A DNA stretch of 64,000 nt from Vicinamibacteria bacterium (GCA_965199715.1 OZ241322.1:1600001-1664000); one strand, 5' to 3'. Counted from the first letter of the stretch, positions 1 to 10,437 are shown. Notes: generated from the sequence alone by a model not told the origin. A program made the numbers and translations.

Positions 1-321
1 GTCGCTGGACTCGTAGCGGCTCAGCCAGTGACCCGGCAGGTCGCGGGCCACCTCGTACCAGTGGCGGTCGAGGGTCTCGGTCGGAAGGCGCGCCGGCTCG
101 ATCATGTGCGCCACGGTGTGGACGAGCGTCCCGGGATCGAGGATCCGGCCCCGGATCGCGAGGCACCGCACGCCGCGCAGGAAGTAGGTGAGGCACCAGC
201 GAAGCTCGGGAGTGAGCGACTCGGGATCGGCCAGCATCCGGGGCGCGAGCGCGGCGGCCCCGCCCTCCCGCTCGTCGAGGAGCAGCCGGTGCAACTCCTT
301 GCGCAGCGTCTCCCGGGGCAT
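1..321 (-). CDS. Hypothetical protein, N-terminal part (runs off the window edge)
   Basis: ATG at 321, right after the stop of the ASPIC gene; open frame MPRETLRKELHRLLLDEREGG... to position 1 with high-GC codon usage. No family recognised. Confidence 0.65.
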   Translation of the reverse strand, partial: MPRETLRKELHRLLLDEREGGAAALAPRMLADPESLTPELRWCLTYFLRGVRCLAIRGRILDPGTLVHTVAHMIEPARLPTETLDRHWYEVARDLPGHWLSRYESSD

Positions 322-322
322 T

Positions 323-3300
323 TCAGCGTCTTTCGGACGGATCGCCGGTGGGCTCGCGGCCGCCCTCCGAGTCGAGGAAACCGTGGCGCGCTTCGGGCCC
401 GATCCGCCGGGTGTTGTACTCGGCCCGCCATGTCCGCAGCGCCTCAGAATCGGGGTAGGCGCCGTCGGGATAGGGGTAGGCGGGCATCCCGTGGAAGGGC
501 AGCGGGCCGACCGTGTGCGGCCGCGCCGAGTTCAGGTCCATGTCCTTGCCGAATCCGTCGGCGAGGACGAAGAAGGACCTTTCGAGTCCGTCCGCCAGAG
601 CCGGAGCCTCGGCGAAGCGGAGCCGGATCTCGTCGCCGTGGCGGGCGATCACGTAGCGGTCGTCCACTTTGGCGAGGAGCGGGCGCACGTCCCCGAAGCG
701 GGTGTAGGCGCCGGCGTGCGCGCCCCAGGAGTCCGACGACCGAAGGTTCCGATAGCGGTACTCGCCCGGCGGAAGCCCCCCCGGCCGGTGCGGCTCGGGA
801 TAGCCGGCGAAGCCGAGATCCGCGGTCGCCGCGTCGATTCGCGTGACCGTGACCGCGGCGAGGGACGCTCGCTCGGCGAGCTCGGCGCGGTCCCAGTAGA
901 TCCGCATGTTCGTGCGGATGCGCAGCGGCTCGCCGGACGCGAGCGGCACGCCGTCGAGCGGGACGACCATCGTCTTCGGCAAGCCGGCGGGGAAACCCAT
1001 GGGATCGAGCGCGGTCCGGAAGGCTCCGTCGTCGCCGAGAACTTCCAGAACCGGCGGAAGCCCCGCCGCGCCCGCCTGCGCGGCGGACAGGTTCGAGCTG
1101 GAGTCGGCGTAGTCCACCCAGCCGTACAGCAGGAGCACGTGCTCCGCCCCTTCGCGGACGTCGTCGAAGCGCAGCGTGAGCGTGTGCTCCTCGGCGTAGC
1201 CCTTGAACGGCAGCAGCGCGAAGTCGTCCACATAGACGCGGTCCACCGCGAGCAGCGCGTCCGTCCGGTCGCGGGCCGCTCCGTCGGTTCCGGCCCACTC
1301 GGCGCTTGAAGGCGGGCGGCGGTTCTGCACCGCGACGAGACCCGGCGCGGGGAACGGCGGGGCCGGCAGGAGCCGCTCGTCGGGGAACACGTCCACGTCC
1401 GGCGGGTGGTCGGCGACCCACAGCTCGGCCCGGTCGTAGAAGATGACCTCCTCAAGCTGGTTCAGCCAGCGCATCTCGTAGTGGCCGTCCCGTGCGACCA
1501 GTGGGAACGACTCCATCTTGACGACTTCGGCGGTGTCCGGGGTGTTGAACATGCCGGGCGCGAGCAGGTTGCCGAGCGCGCTGCCGCCGAGGAAATCGGT
1601 CACGAAGCGGATCCGCTCACCGTCCCAGGCGTAGAGCACCGGGCAGGAGGTTCCCTTGCGGTTCAGCTCCTCCACCGACGCGAGCGCCGCCGCCGGAAGA
1701 TCCAGCTCGATCTGCTTCACGCCGCCCGGCCAGAGGAGGCGGACGTAGTCGGCGGCCGCCGCGGCGCCGAGGCCGAAGTGCGCGGGGAGGTCGTCCTGCG
1801 ACAGGTAGCCCGACGTGGTGCGGACCTCGCGGCGCTGGCTCACCCCCGCGACCCGGACCTCGATCTTGGTTCCGACGCCGTCGAGGTTGCTGCGAAGCCC
1901 AGTGGGTCGCACCGCCATCCACCGCCCCGGGTCCGGAGTCTCGTTGCGGAACGCGAGGAGCCGGCCGCGGTTCGTCCCGGCGACCGCGTCGAGATCGCCG
2001 TCGCCGTCCACGTCGGCGAGCGCGAGGGCGCGGGCGCCTTCGTCGGGTTCGAGCGCGGCGTCGAGCGACGCGGCCCGCAACAAGCCGCCCGGCCCATTGC
2101 GATGCAGCGCGAGGACTGCGCCGGGTTCGTTCGTGACCGTCAGCAGATCGAGGTCCATGTCGTGGTCCGCGTCGAGCAGGGACACGCCGTAGCGGGAACC
2201 GGGCGCCCCGGCGCCGAGGAAACCGGGCGAGACGGCGTCCGGCGCGAATCCGCCGGCGCCGCCCCGAAGCAGCATGTTGAGGGCGCCCCCGTCCGCGGTG
2301 AGGACGAGGTCGAACATCCCGTCGCGGTCGAAGTCGCCGCCCGAGACGCCGCGCATCCTTCCCGCGGTCTCGACCCCCCACGCCTCGGAGACCTCGGTGA
2401 AGGTGCCCACCCGGTCGTTCGAGAACACCTGCACCGGGGCGCCGTCGTTCACGACCGCGAAGTCCACGTCCCGGTCGTCGTCCCAGTCGGAGAAGATCGC
2501 CGCGAGGCTGCGCCGGGAACCGCCGGTCGTGCGGGTCTCCACCGCCACGTCGGTGAACGTGCCGTCGCGGTTGTTGCGAAAGAGGCGGTTTGGCGCGCCG
2601 GCGCCGTCGTCGCCGACCGAGAGCGCGTAGTTCGCGACGTACACGTCGAGGTCGCCGTCGTGGTCGAAGTCGGCGAGGGTCGCGCCCACGGAGACCTCGT
2701 CTCCGGCCGCCGCCTCCGAGAGCTCGAAGCGGTCGCCCCGATGCAGGAACAGCGGGTTCGGGCCGGCGGCGGCGACGTAGATGTCCGGGCGGCCGTCGAG
2801 GTCCACGTCGCCGATGGTCACGCTGATCGCGTTCGTGGTTTCGACCCCGGAGTCCTCCCACCGTTCGAAGCGGCCTCCGACGTTGCGGAAGAGCAGCACC
2901 GCGCCGTCCCGCACGAACGCCAGTTCGGGCCGGTCGTCGCCGTCGAGGTCGCGGAAGGCGACCCCGGAGCCGAGCCGGGCGAGGAGCGGATCGGGAGCGA
3001 TCGGCGGGAGCAGGAGCCCCCAGTCCTCGGTCGCTTCGACGAAGGCCGCCGGTCCGCTCGCCGGCTCCTGCGTCTGCCGGTAGAGCGAGGCCGGAGCCGG
3101 CTCGATCGCTTCGGCGTAGGGGCCGAGCTCGGTGTACTGGAGCCCGGCGGAGACCCCGGCCCCGGCGAACGCCTCCTTGAGTTCCTGGAACTTCTGGAGC
3201 TGCGCCCGCCCCTCCTCCCGGCGCCCGGCCCGGACCAGCACGTTGCCGAGGCTGAAGTGGGCCGACTCGTGCTCCGGAGTCAGCAGGATGGCGCGGCGGA

Positions 3301-3724
3301 GCGCGGCCTCGGCCTCCTCGAGCCGGCCCGACGCGGCGTCGAGCGAACCGAGGTAGTACCAGGTCATGGAGTCGTCCGGGTTCATCTCGGCGACCCGGGC
3401 GAAGGCGGCGCGCGCGTCGTCGGTGTTGCCCTCGAGCTTGTCGATCAACCCGAGGTTGTAGTGCGCATGCGGGCTGCCCGGATCCAGCTCTCGCGCGCGT
3501 CGGAACGAGGCCCGCGCGGCCGCGAAGTCGCGCTCGTTGAACCACGCGATCCCGAGGTTCACGTGCGCGTCCGCCGAGTGGGGACGCAGCTCCGCCACCC
3601 GCTGGAATTCGACGGCGGCGTCGGCGAATCTGAACTGCTCGAGGAGCGCGACCCCGCGGCTCATCCGGGTCGCCGCCTCGTCGGCCGGTGGCGCGGCGAG
3701 CAGCGCGAGGGCGAGCAGGAGCAT
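323..3724 (-). CDS. Secreted TPR + FG-GAP/VCBS repeat + ASPIC/UnbV (CRTAC1-like) protein
   Basis: Signal peptide, N-terminal TPRs (AHVNLGIAW, AHYNLGL), many DxDxDGxxD repeats, ASPIC/UnbV motif (GYLSQDDLPAHFGLG), C-terminal SCPVLYAWDG domain. Start set at ATG 3724 because CATAAT lies 8 nt upstream. Confidence 0.9.
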   Translation of the reverse strand: MLLLALALLAAPPADEAATRMSRGVALLEQFRFADAAVEFQRVAELRPHSADAHVNLGIAWFNERDFAAARASFRRARELDPGSPHAHYNLGLIDKLEGNTDDARAAFARVAEMNPDDSMTWYYLGSLDAASGRLEEAEAALRRAILLTPEHESAHFSLGNVLVRAGRREEGRAQLQKFQELKEAFAGAGVSAGLQYTELGPYAEAIEPAPASLYRQTQEPASGPAAFVEATEDWGLLLPPIAPDPLLARLGSGVAFRDLDGDDRPELAFVRDGAVLLFRNVGGRFERWEDSGVETTNAISVTIGDVDLDGRPDIYVAAAGPNPLFLHRGDRFELSEAAAGDEVSVGATLADFDHDGDLDVYVANYALSVGDDGAGAPNRLFRNNRDGTFTDVAVETRTTGGSRRSLAAIFSDWDDDRDVDFAVVNDGAPVQVFSNDRVGTFTEVSEAWGVETAGRMRGVSGGDFDRDGMFDLVLTADGGALNMLLRGGAGGFAPDAVSPGFLGAGAPGSRYGVSLLDADHDMDLDLLTVTNEPGAVLALHRNGPGGLLRAASLDAALEPDEGARALALADVDGDGDLDAVAGTNRGRLLAFRNETPDPGRWMAVRPTGLRSNLDGVGTKIEVRVAGVSQRREVRTTSGYLSQDDLPAHFGLGAAAAADYVRLLWPGGVKQIELDLPAAALASVEELNRKGTSCPVLYAWDGERIRFVTDFLGGSALGNLLAPGMFNTPDTAEVVKMESFPLVARDGHYEMRWLNQLEEVIFYDRAELWVADHPPDVDVFPDERLLPAPPFPAPGLVAVQNRRPPSSAEWAGTDGAARDRTDALLAVDRVYVDDFALLPFKGYAEEHTLTLRFDDVREGAEHVLLLYGWVDYADSSSNLSAAQAGAAGLPPVLEVLGDDGAFRTALDPMGFPAGLPKTMVVPLDGVPLASGEPLRIRTNMRIYWDRAELAERASLAAVTVTRIDAATADLGFAGYPEPHRPGGLPPGEYRYRNLRSSDSWGAHAGAYTRFGDVRPLLAKVDDRYVIARHGDEIRLRFAEAPALADGLERSFFVLADGFGKDMDLNSARPHTVGPLPFHGMPAYPYPDGAYPDSEALRTWRAEYNTRRIGPEARHGFLDSEGGREPTGDPSERR

Positions 3725-3767
3725 CGCTCGCAATTATGGCGAGAGGCGTAGCATTCGCGCCGCTCGC

Positions 3768-5648
3768 ATGATCCAGCTCTCCCGCGCTTCCAAGGCCTTC
3801 GGCGAGCAGGTCCTGCTTCGGGACTCGTCGTTCCGGGTGCAGGAAGGCGACCGCGTGGGACTCGTCGGGCCGAACGGTTCGGGGAAGACGACGCTGCTGC
3901 GGATCCTCGCCGGGCAGGTGGAGCTGGACGCCGGCGAGGTCGTGCGGGCGCGCGACCGGCGGTGCGCGTACCTGCCGCAGGACGGCCTCCGCCACGAGGG
4001 CCGGAGCCTCTTCGAGGAGGCCCGCAGCGCGTTCCAGGACCTGCTGGACCTGCGCGAGGAGCAAGAGCGCATCTCGGGGAAGCTCGCGTCCCGACCAGAC
4101 CTGCTGCAGCGGTTCGGGCAGATCGAGGACGAGTGGCAGCGCCGGGGCGGGTATTCGCTCGAGGCGCGGATCGCCGAGGTGCTCGCCGGCCTCGGCTTCG
4201 AGGAGTCCGACCACGGCCGCCCCACCGAGACGTTCAGTCAGGGATGGCAGATGCGGATCGCGCTGGCGAAGCTGCTGGTGCAGGGGAACGACCTGATCCT
4301 CCTCGACGAGCCGACGAACTACCTCGACATCGAGGCGCGGGCCTGGCTCCTCGGGTTCCTGAACCGCCATCGGGGCGGCCTGGTGCTCGTGGCCCACGAC
4401 CGGTACTTCCTCGACTCGGTGGTGACCCGCATCACCGAGATCGGGATGGAGGGGCTGCGGGACTACCCGGGCAGCTTCAGCCGCTACGAGGTCAAGCGGG
4501 CCGCCGAGATCGCCGACCTCCGCAAGCGGGCGCAGGAGCAGCAGGAGGAGATCGAGCGCTGCCAGCGATTCATCAGCAAGTTTCGCTACCAGGCGAGCCG
4601 GGCGCGGCAGGTGCAGAGCCGCGTCAAGGCGCTCGCCCGGATGGAGCGGATCGTCGCCCCGCCCGAGCCGCGCCGCTTCCGCCTGCGGCTGCCGCCCCCG
4701 CCGCGTTCCGGTCCGGTCCCGGTCCGGCTGGAATCCATCGCGAAGGCGTACGGCGACAACGTGGTGTTCCGAAACGCGGACGTGACGGTCGAGCGGGGGC
4801 AGCGGCTCGCGCTGATCGGCCCCAACGGGGCGGGCAAGTCCACGCTGATGCGCCTGCTGGCCGGGGCGGAGGCGCCCGACCGGGGCTCCCGGGAGCTCGG
4901 CCACAACACGAAGATCGCTTACTACGGGCCGGACCGGCACGACCTCAACCCCGAGCGGACGGTCCGCCAGACGATGTCCGACGCGGCCTCGCTGGAGATG
5001 CTCCCGCAGATCCGCGACATCCTCGGGGCGTTCCTGTTCTCGGGCGAGACCGTCGAAAAGCGCACCGCCGTGCTCTCCGGCGGGGAACGCAGCCGGCTCG
5101 CGCTGGCGCGGCTGCTGCTGCGTCCGGCGAACCTGCTGCTTCTGGACGAGCCCACGAACCACCTCGACCTCGCCTCTAAGGCGGCGCTCCTGGACGCGCT
5201 CAAGGCGTACCGGGGGACGATCGTCTTCGTGGCGCACGACCGGTACTTCATGGACGCGCTGGCGACCCGGGTGGCCGCGATCGGGGGCGGCGAGGCCGCG
5301 CCCTACTGGGGGAACTACAGCGACTGGCTCGCCCGCCAAGCCGGCGAGAAGGCCCCGGCGCCGGCCCTCCGGCGGAAGGAGCCGGCCAAGAAGGCCGCCC
5401 CGAAGGAGGCGATGTCCAAGAACCGCCTCCGGCGGCTGCGGCGCGAGTGGAAGGAGGCGTTCGACCGGGTGGCCGCCGCCGAGAGCAGCATCGAGGAGAT
5501 GGAGACCCGCATGGCGACGCCCGGGTTCTTCGAGGACCGCGAGACGTCCCGGCGGGTCGCCCGGGAGTACGAGGTGCTGAAGTCGGCGCTGCCCGCGCTG
5601 TTCAAGACCCTCGAGGGCCTCGACGCCCAGTTGGGCGAGAGCCGGTAG
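3768..5648 (+). CDS. ABC-F family ATP-binding protein (ribosome-associated, YheS/Uup-like)
   Basis: Two ABC domains (GPNGSGKT/FSQGW/LLDEPTNYLD and GPNGAGKS/LSGGE/LLDEPTNHLD), inter-domain linker, C-terminal coiled coil, no TM segments. Confidence 0.92.
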   Translation: MIQLSRASKAFGEQVLLRDSSFRVQEGDRVGLVGPNGSGKTTLLRILAGQVELDAGEVVRARDRRCAYLPQDGLRHEGRSLFEEARSAFQDLLDLREEQERISGKLASRPDLLQRFGQIEDEWQRRGGYSLEARIAEVLAGLGFEESDHGRPTETFSQGWQMRIALAKLLVQGNDLILLDEPTNYLDIEARAWLLGFLNRHRGGLVLVAHDRYFLDSVVTRITEIGMEGLRDYPGSFSRYEVKRAAEIADLRKRAQEQQEEIERCQRFISKFRYQASRARQVQSRVKALARMERIVAPPEPRRFRLRLPPPPRSGPVPVRLESIAKAYGDNVVFRNADVTVERGQRLALIGPNGAGKSTLMRLLAGAEAPDRGSRELGHNTKIAYYGPDRHDLNPERTVRQTMSDAASLEMLPQIRDILGAFLFSGETVEKRTAVLSGGERSRLALARLLLRPANLLLLDEPTNHLDLASKAALLDALKAYRGTIVFVAHDRYFMDALATRVAAIGGGEAAPYWGNYSDWLARQAGEKAPAPALRRKEPAKKAAPKEAMSKNRLRRLRREWKEAFDRVAAAESSIEEMETRMATPGFFEDRETSRRVAREYEVLKSALPALFKTLEGLDAQLGESR

Positions 5649-6188
5649 CTACTCCAGTTCCACGCCGAGGCCGCTCGCGATGCGGTTCACGTAGCCGTAG
5701 TAGGCGGTGACGGCGCAGGCGTCGTGGACGTCCCGGTCCGTGAGTCCGGCGTCCCGCAGCGGCGCGAGGTCGCCTTCGGTCATCGCGCCGGGGGCGCGCG
5801 CCAGCTTGATCGCGTAGTCGGCGAGGGCGCGGAACCGGGGCGGCAGCGGCGCGCCGTCCGGATCCCGGACCAGCGCCTCGACCAGGTCCCGGTCGCGGGT
5901 GAGCCGGAGGAGACCCCTCCGGTGGTGCTCGATTCAGTAATGGCACTCGTTCACGGTCGAGACCGCGACCGCGATGATCTCGCGCTCGGCGAGGCTGAGC
6001 CCCGACGGGCCGCGCATCAGGTGCTCGTAGAGCGACAGGTGGTGCTCGAGCGCCCCCGGATTCAGGCTGCTGGCCCGCAGGATGTTGTCCATCTTGCCGT
6101 CCGGGCGGCGATGTTCGCGATAGATCCGGCCGAGCGTTCCCTCCTTCGCCTCGGGGTCGTCGGGGGCGACCATCCGGATCCACGCCAT
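5649..6188 (-). CDS. AhpD/carboxymuconolactone-decarboxylase-like peroxidase-related protein, probable selenoprotein (UGA at codon 85)
   Basis: Frame reads ...EREIIAVAVSTVNECHY-[TGA 5934-5936]-IEHHRRGL...YYGYVNRIASGLGVELE-TAG. The TGA occupies the second Cys of the family CxYC motif and family-like sequence continues after it. Confidence 0.88.
5904..5922 (-). promoter_or_regulatory. Putative bacterial SECIS element
   Basis: Minus strand CCGGAGG-GGTCT-CCTCCGG: perfect 7-bp stem starting 11 nt after the UGA; loop resembles the E. coli fdhF SECIS loop. Confidence 0.8.
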
Positions 6189-6225
6189 GGGGAACCGGAG
6201 CATAGTCGGCCGTAGGATTCCCGCC

Positions 6226-6663
6226 ATGATTCGAGCGGCCTGCGACGGGTCCTGCCTCGGCAACCCGGGGCCCGGCGGCTGGGCCGCGGTGCTGCGCCTG
6301 CCGACCGGCGAGGAGCGGGTCCTCACCGGCGGCGAGGCCGAGACCACGAACAACCGCATGGAGCTCGTGGCCGCGATCCACGCGCTGGACGCGCTGCCCG
6401 AGAACGAGGCCGCGGAGATCCTCTGCGACAGCACCTACGTCATCCAGGGAGTCGAGCAGTGGGTGCCCCGCTGGATCCGGCGGGGATGGATGACCTCGAA
6501 GAAGCAGCCGGTGAAAAACCGGGATCTGTGGATGCGGCTCGCCGACGCCCGGGCCGCCCGCCCGATGGCGCGATTCCGCTGGGTGCGCGGCCACGCGGGA
6601 AACCCGGACAACGAGCGGGCGGACGCGCTGGCGCTTCAGGCGGCGAGGAGCCAGGCGCGATGA
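6226..6663 (+). CDS. rnhA: Ribonuclease HI
   Basis: [43 protein letters not shown] motifs. Confidence 0.95.
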   Translation: MIRAACDGSCLGNPGPGGWAAVLRLPTGEERVLTGGEAETTNNRMELVAAIHALDALPENEAAEILCDSTYVIQGVEQWVPRWIRRGWMTSKKQPVKNRDLWMRLADARAARPMARFRWVRGHAGNPDNERADALALQAARSQAR

Positions 6664-7583
6664 GCGACGGGACCCGGGCGTATCGGCTCCTCACGGCGGA
6701 CGTGTTCACCGACCGGGTCTTCGAGGGGAACCCGCTCGCGATCCTCCCCGACGCCCGCGGCCTCTCCGGCGCCTCGATGCAGAAGATCGCCGCCGAGATG
6801 AACCTCTCGGAGACCGCCTTCGTGCTGCCGCCCGAGGATCCCCGCGCGATCCGCAAGCTGCGCATCTTCACGCCGGCGGCGGAACTGCCGCTGGCCGGGC
6901 ATCCCGTCGTCGGGACCTTCTTCGTGCTCGCCTCGAGGGGAGAGCTCGGCGATCTTGGCGACGGCGACCACCGGATCCATCAGGAGTGCGGCGCCGGGGT
7001 CCTGCCCGTGGACGTCCGCGTCCGGGACGGCCGGGTGGAGCAGGTCGTGATGACGCAGGCTCCGCCGCAGTTCCTCGCCGCGAGCCGCGACCGGGACGCG
7101 CTCGCCGCGAGCCTCGGACTCGACCCCGCCGACGTGCTGCCGGAGAACCTGCCGGCCCGGGTGGTTTCGACCGCGCTGCCCCAGCTCATGGCGCCGGTGC
7201 GCTCGCTCGGGGCCGTGGGGCGCATCCGGGTGGACGCCGGCGCGCTCGCGCGACTGCTCGGCCCACTCGGTTCCGAGTGCGTCATGGCGTTCTCGACCGA
7301 GTGCGCCCATGAGGAGAGCGCCGCCCACGCGCGCATGTTCGCGCCGGGGCTCGGCGTCCACGAGGATCCGGCGACGGGGAGCGCCGCCGGGGCGCTCGGC
7401 GCGTACCTCGTCCGCTACGGCCTCGCGAAGGGCGACCGGATGACCGTCGAGCAGGGGTACGAGATGGGCCGCCCGAGCGCGATCGGGGTGGAAGTCGAGT
7501 GCGAGAACGGCGATCCCCGCCGGGTGCTCGTCGGCGGGCGGGCGGTCGAGGTCTCGGAGGGCCTTATTCGGGTCCCGGCGTGA
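6660..7583 (+). CDS. PhzF family isomerase
   Basis: [55 protein letters not shown]; ATGA overlap with rnhA. Confidence 0.92.
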   Translation: MSDGTRAYRLLTADVFTDRVFEGNPLAILPDARGLSGASMQKIAAEMNLSETAFVLPPEDPRAIRKLRIFTPAAELPLAGHPVVGTFFVLASRGELGDLGDGDHRIHQECGAGVLPVDVRVRDGRVEQVVMTQAPPQFLAASRDRDALAASLGLDPADVLPENLPARVVSTALPQLMAPVRSLGAVGRIRVDAGALARLLGPLGSECVMAFSTECAHEESAAHARMFAPGLGVHEDPATGSAAGALGAYLVRYGLAKGDRMTVEQGYEMGRPSAIGVEVECENGDPRRVLVGGRAVEVSEGLIRVPA

Positions 7584-9153
7584 GCGCGATCCGCTCGCCG
7601 GACAGCGGCGGCGTGTGCGCCGGAGTCCGCCGCGCCCGGGCGCGCTGCTCGAAGGCGTAACCGAGCGCGAGGAGCCGGGGTTCGCTGAAGGCGGGGCCGA
7701 GGAAGGAGATCCCGACCGGCAGCCCGTCCCCGGTGAATCCGGCGGGAACGATCAGGTCGGGAAAGCCGCTCAGGTTGGCGAAGCGGACCGGACTCGGGCC
7801 GCCGAATCCGCCCCGGCCCGAACGCAGCGGAGGCCGGGACACCGAGGTCGGATAGACGAGCGCGTCGAGGTCGTGCTCCTCGAGCAGGCCGGTGAGGATG
7901 GCGCGGACGAGCGGCAGGCCGTGCTCCCGGACGGCGAGGTGCTCGGCGTCGGTGACCGAACCGCTCGCGTTCTCGCGCAGGAACAGGCTCCAGCGGCCCG
8001 GGTTGGGCGTGAGCCCGTCGCCGGGCGCGGTGAGTTCGCGGGACCGCTCCACGATCTCGTCGAGCGTGCGCGGGTGGCCGGGGCCGAGCGTCGCGAGGTA
8101 ATTCTCGATCTGGGCGCGGAACTCGGGCCACCGGACCGCCGTGTAGAAGTCGTCCTCGATCTCGAGCAGCCATCCGGGAAGACGCGCCTCGACGACCGCG
8201 GCGCCGGCCCGCTCCATCGTCGCGACCGCGGCCTCGACCACCCAGTCCACCTCCGGATCGACCCCCGCGAAGTCGCGGAGGATCCCGAGGCGGGCTCCCG
8301 AGAGCGCGTCCGCGTCGAGGAACCGCGAATAGTCGGCGTGGCTCATGCCCTCGCTCGCGGAAGTGGCCGGGTCCGCCGGATCCACGCCGGTCATGACTCC
8401 GAGCGCGAGCGCCACGTCGGCCACGTTCCGCGCCATCGGGCCGCCGGTGTCGAACGAAAGCGCGAGCGGGACGACGCCGTCGCGGGAGAGGAGTCCGAGC
8501 GTGGGTTTGAGCCCCGCCACGCCGTTGGCCGTCGAGGGGCCGCGCACCGAGCCGCCGGTGTCGGTGCCGAGCCCCATGAAGGCGTAGCCCGCGGCGATCG
8601 CGGCGCCGGTGCCGCCGGACGAGCCCGACGGGCTGCGGGCCGGATCGTGCGGGTTGCGGGTCACGCCGCCGAGCGAGCTCATCGCGCCGCCCGACGCGAA
8701 CTCGCTCATGTTCACCTTGGCGATCACGATCGCGCCGGCCTCGCGCAGCCTCCGCACCACGAAGGCGTCGTCCGGGGGAACCGAGTCGGCCAGCAGGAAG
8801 GAGCCGGCCGTCGTGGGCATGTCGGCGGTGTCGAAGTTGTCCTTCAACACGATGGGAATGCCGTGGAGCGGCGACCGTGGGCCGGACTCCGCCCGTTCCC
8901 GGTCGAGCGCCCGCGCGCGCTCCGTCGCCCGCGGGTTGACCGCGATGACGGCGTTGATCCGCGGCCCCTCGTCGTCGTAGGCGGAGATCCGCGCGAGGCA
9001 GAGCTCCACCAGACGCTCCGACGTCACCGCGCCGGAGTCCAGCGCCGCGGCGAAGTCCGCGATCGTGCCCGAGGTCAGCTCCAGCGAGTCCTGGGCGGCC
9101 AACGGAGCCGCCGGAAGAAGGGCGAGGAGCAGGCGGAGCAGGAACGGTCGCAT
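7564..9153 (-). CDS. Secreted amidase-signature family enzyme
   Basis: Signal peptide; LHGIPIVLKDN, GSSGG, GTDTGGSVRGP catalytic signature. Confidence 0.92.
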   Translation of the reverse strand: MRPFLLRLLLALLPAAPLAAQDSLELTSGTIADFAAALDSGAVTSERLVELCLARISAYDDEGPRINAVIAVNPRATERARALDRERAESGPRSPLHGIPIVLKDNFDTADMPTTAGSFLLADSVPPDDAFVVRRLREAGAIVIAKVNMSEFASGGAMSSLGGVTRNPHDPARSPSGSSGGTGAAIAAGYAFMGLGTDTGGSVRGPSTANGVAGLKPTLGLLSRDGVVPLALSFDTGGPMARNVADVALALGVMTGVDPADPATSASEGMSHADYSRFLDADALSGARLGILRDFAGVDPEVDWVVEAAVATMERAGAAVVEARLPGWLLEIEDDFYTAVRWPEFRAQIENYLATLGPGHPRTLDEIVERSRELTAPGDGLTPNPGRWSLFLRENASGSVTDAEHLAVREHGLPLVRAILTGLLEEHDLDALVYPTSVSRPPLRSGRGGFGGPSPVRFANLSGFPDLIVPAGFTGDGLPVGISFLGPAFSEPRLLALGYAFEQRARARRTPAHTPPLSGERIALTPGPE

Positions 9154-9217
9154 GGGCGCCGGATGCTATCCGCCGGGTGCGAGGCCCGCCGGAAGCGAGC
9201 CGCGCGAAGCGTTCGGG

Positions 9218-10264
9218 TCAGCTAGCCGCCCGGACCTCCATGTCCGCCTTGAGGTGGCCGAGATCGGTCCGCAACCGGATGAGGGCCTCGTTCTCCAACT
9301 GGCGCACCCGCTCCCGGGTGACCGAGAGCTCGCGCCCGATCTCCTCGAGGTTGGCCTCGGTCCCGTCCTTCATCCCGAACCGCTTGGTCAGCACGAGCCG
9401 CAGCCGGTCCGGAAGCCGCTCGATGGCCTCTCGCACGTGCCGGCGCCGCTCGGCGGTGGACACGTCGTCGATCGGGTTGAGCTGCTTCGGATCCGGCGTC
9501 AGCGCGACCCGCAGCGTGCCGTCGGGAACCACGGGCGCGTCGAGGGAGTCGATCTGGGGCACCGAACGAAGGGTGTCCTCAAGTCGATCCTGCGGCACGC
9601 CGATCTCGCGGGCGACGTCCGCGGTGGTCGGGGTCAGCCGCTTGCCGCGGCGGCTCGGGTCGTTCTGGTAGCGCTGCTCCAGCTCGGCGTACACCTTGGC
9701 CGCCTTGCGGTGCAGGTCCAGCTTGTTGATCGGCACCTTGATCGTGCGCGACTTCTGCGAGAGCGCGCGCCAGATCGCCTGCCGGATCCACCACGTGGCG
9801 TACGTGGAGAACTTCAGGTTCCGCTCCGGCTCGAACTTCCGGACCGCCTGCATGAGGCCGATGTTCCCCTCCTGGATCAGATCGCCGAGGGGCAGCCCGA
9901 GGTGCCGGTACTGCTTGGCGATGGAGATCACGAGGCGCAGGTTGCCCTCGATCATCCGGCGCCGGTTCTCGTAGAACGTCTCCTCGCTGTCGGGAGCCGG
10001 AACGTCCGCGGATGTCTGGTCGGCCGAGGCCTTCCGCATGGCGCGGCTGTACTTCTGCTCGTCGTTCTTGGTCAGGAGACGGTGCCGGTGGGTCTCGCGC
10101 AGGTAGAGCCCCATGGAGTCGAGATCCCCCGTCTGGTGGTTGTCCGGGCCGAAGGCGATCCCGTCAACGGGAGCCTCCGGTTCCTCGGCCTCGACATCTT
10201 CTTCCTCTTCCTCGGTCTCGAACTCCTCGTGGAATTCGATGGTCTCGTATTCGGCGTTCTCCAC
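9218..10264 (-). CDS. RNA polymerase sigma70 factor, group-2/RpoS-like (regions 1.2-4, acidic N-terminus)
   Basis: [50 protein letters not shown]...[13 protein letters not shown] start at 10264 with GGAGGA SD. Confidence 0.9.
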   Translation of the reverse strand: MENAEYETIEFHEEFETEEEEEDVEAEEPEAPVDGIAFGPDNHQTGDLDSMGLYLRETHRHRLLTKNDEQKYSRAMRKASADQTSADVPAPDSEETFYENRRRMIEGNLRLVISIAKQYRHLGLPLGDLIQEGNIGLMQAVRKFEPERNLKFSTYATWWIRQAIWRALSQKSRTIKVPINKLDLHRKAAKVYAELEQRYQNDPSRRGKRLTPTTADVAREIGVPQDRLEDTLRSVPQIDSLDAPVVPDGTLRVALTPDPKQLNPIDDVSTAERRRHVREAIERLPDRLRLVLTKRFGMKDGTEANLEEIGRELSVTRERVRQLENEALIRLRTDLGHLKADMEVRAAS

Positions 10265-10310
10265 TTTTCTTCCTCCTGTGGTTTTTCGAATCTGAAGTTC
10301 CGGGCGAACA

Positions 10311-10326
10311 AGCAAGAACAATGCCG
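10311..10326 (-). promoter_or_regulatory. Putative sigma54 (-24/-12) promoter
   Basis: Minus strand CGGCATTGTTCTTGCT = GG-N10-GC with TTGC, about 47 nt upstream of the sigma factor start. Confidence 0.6.
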
Positions 10327-10437
10327 TCCGGTCGCGGTGAAGAACCCGGCGCGGCGCAAGGCGCGGGTCTCGGCGATCAGTGCGTTAACGACGCGACCGA
10401 GCCGATAGTTCCCTCGGTCCGGGGATTCGCAGGAGAC

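Noticed and set aside
5724-6215. Plus-strand 163-aa ORF
   Set aside because: Antisense shadow of the AhpD-like selenoprotein gene.
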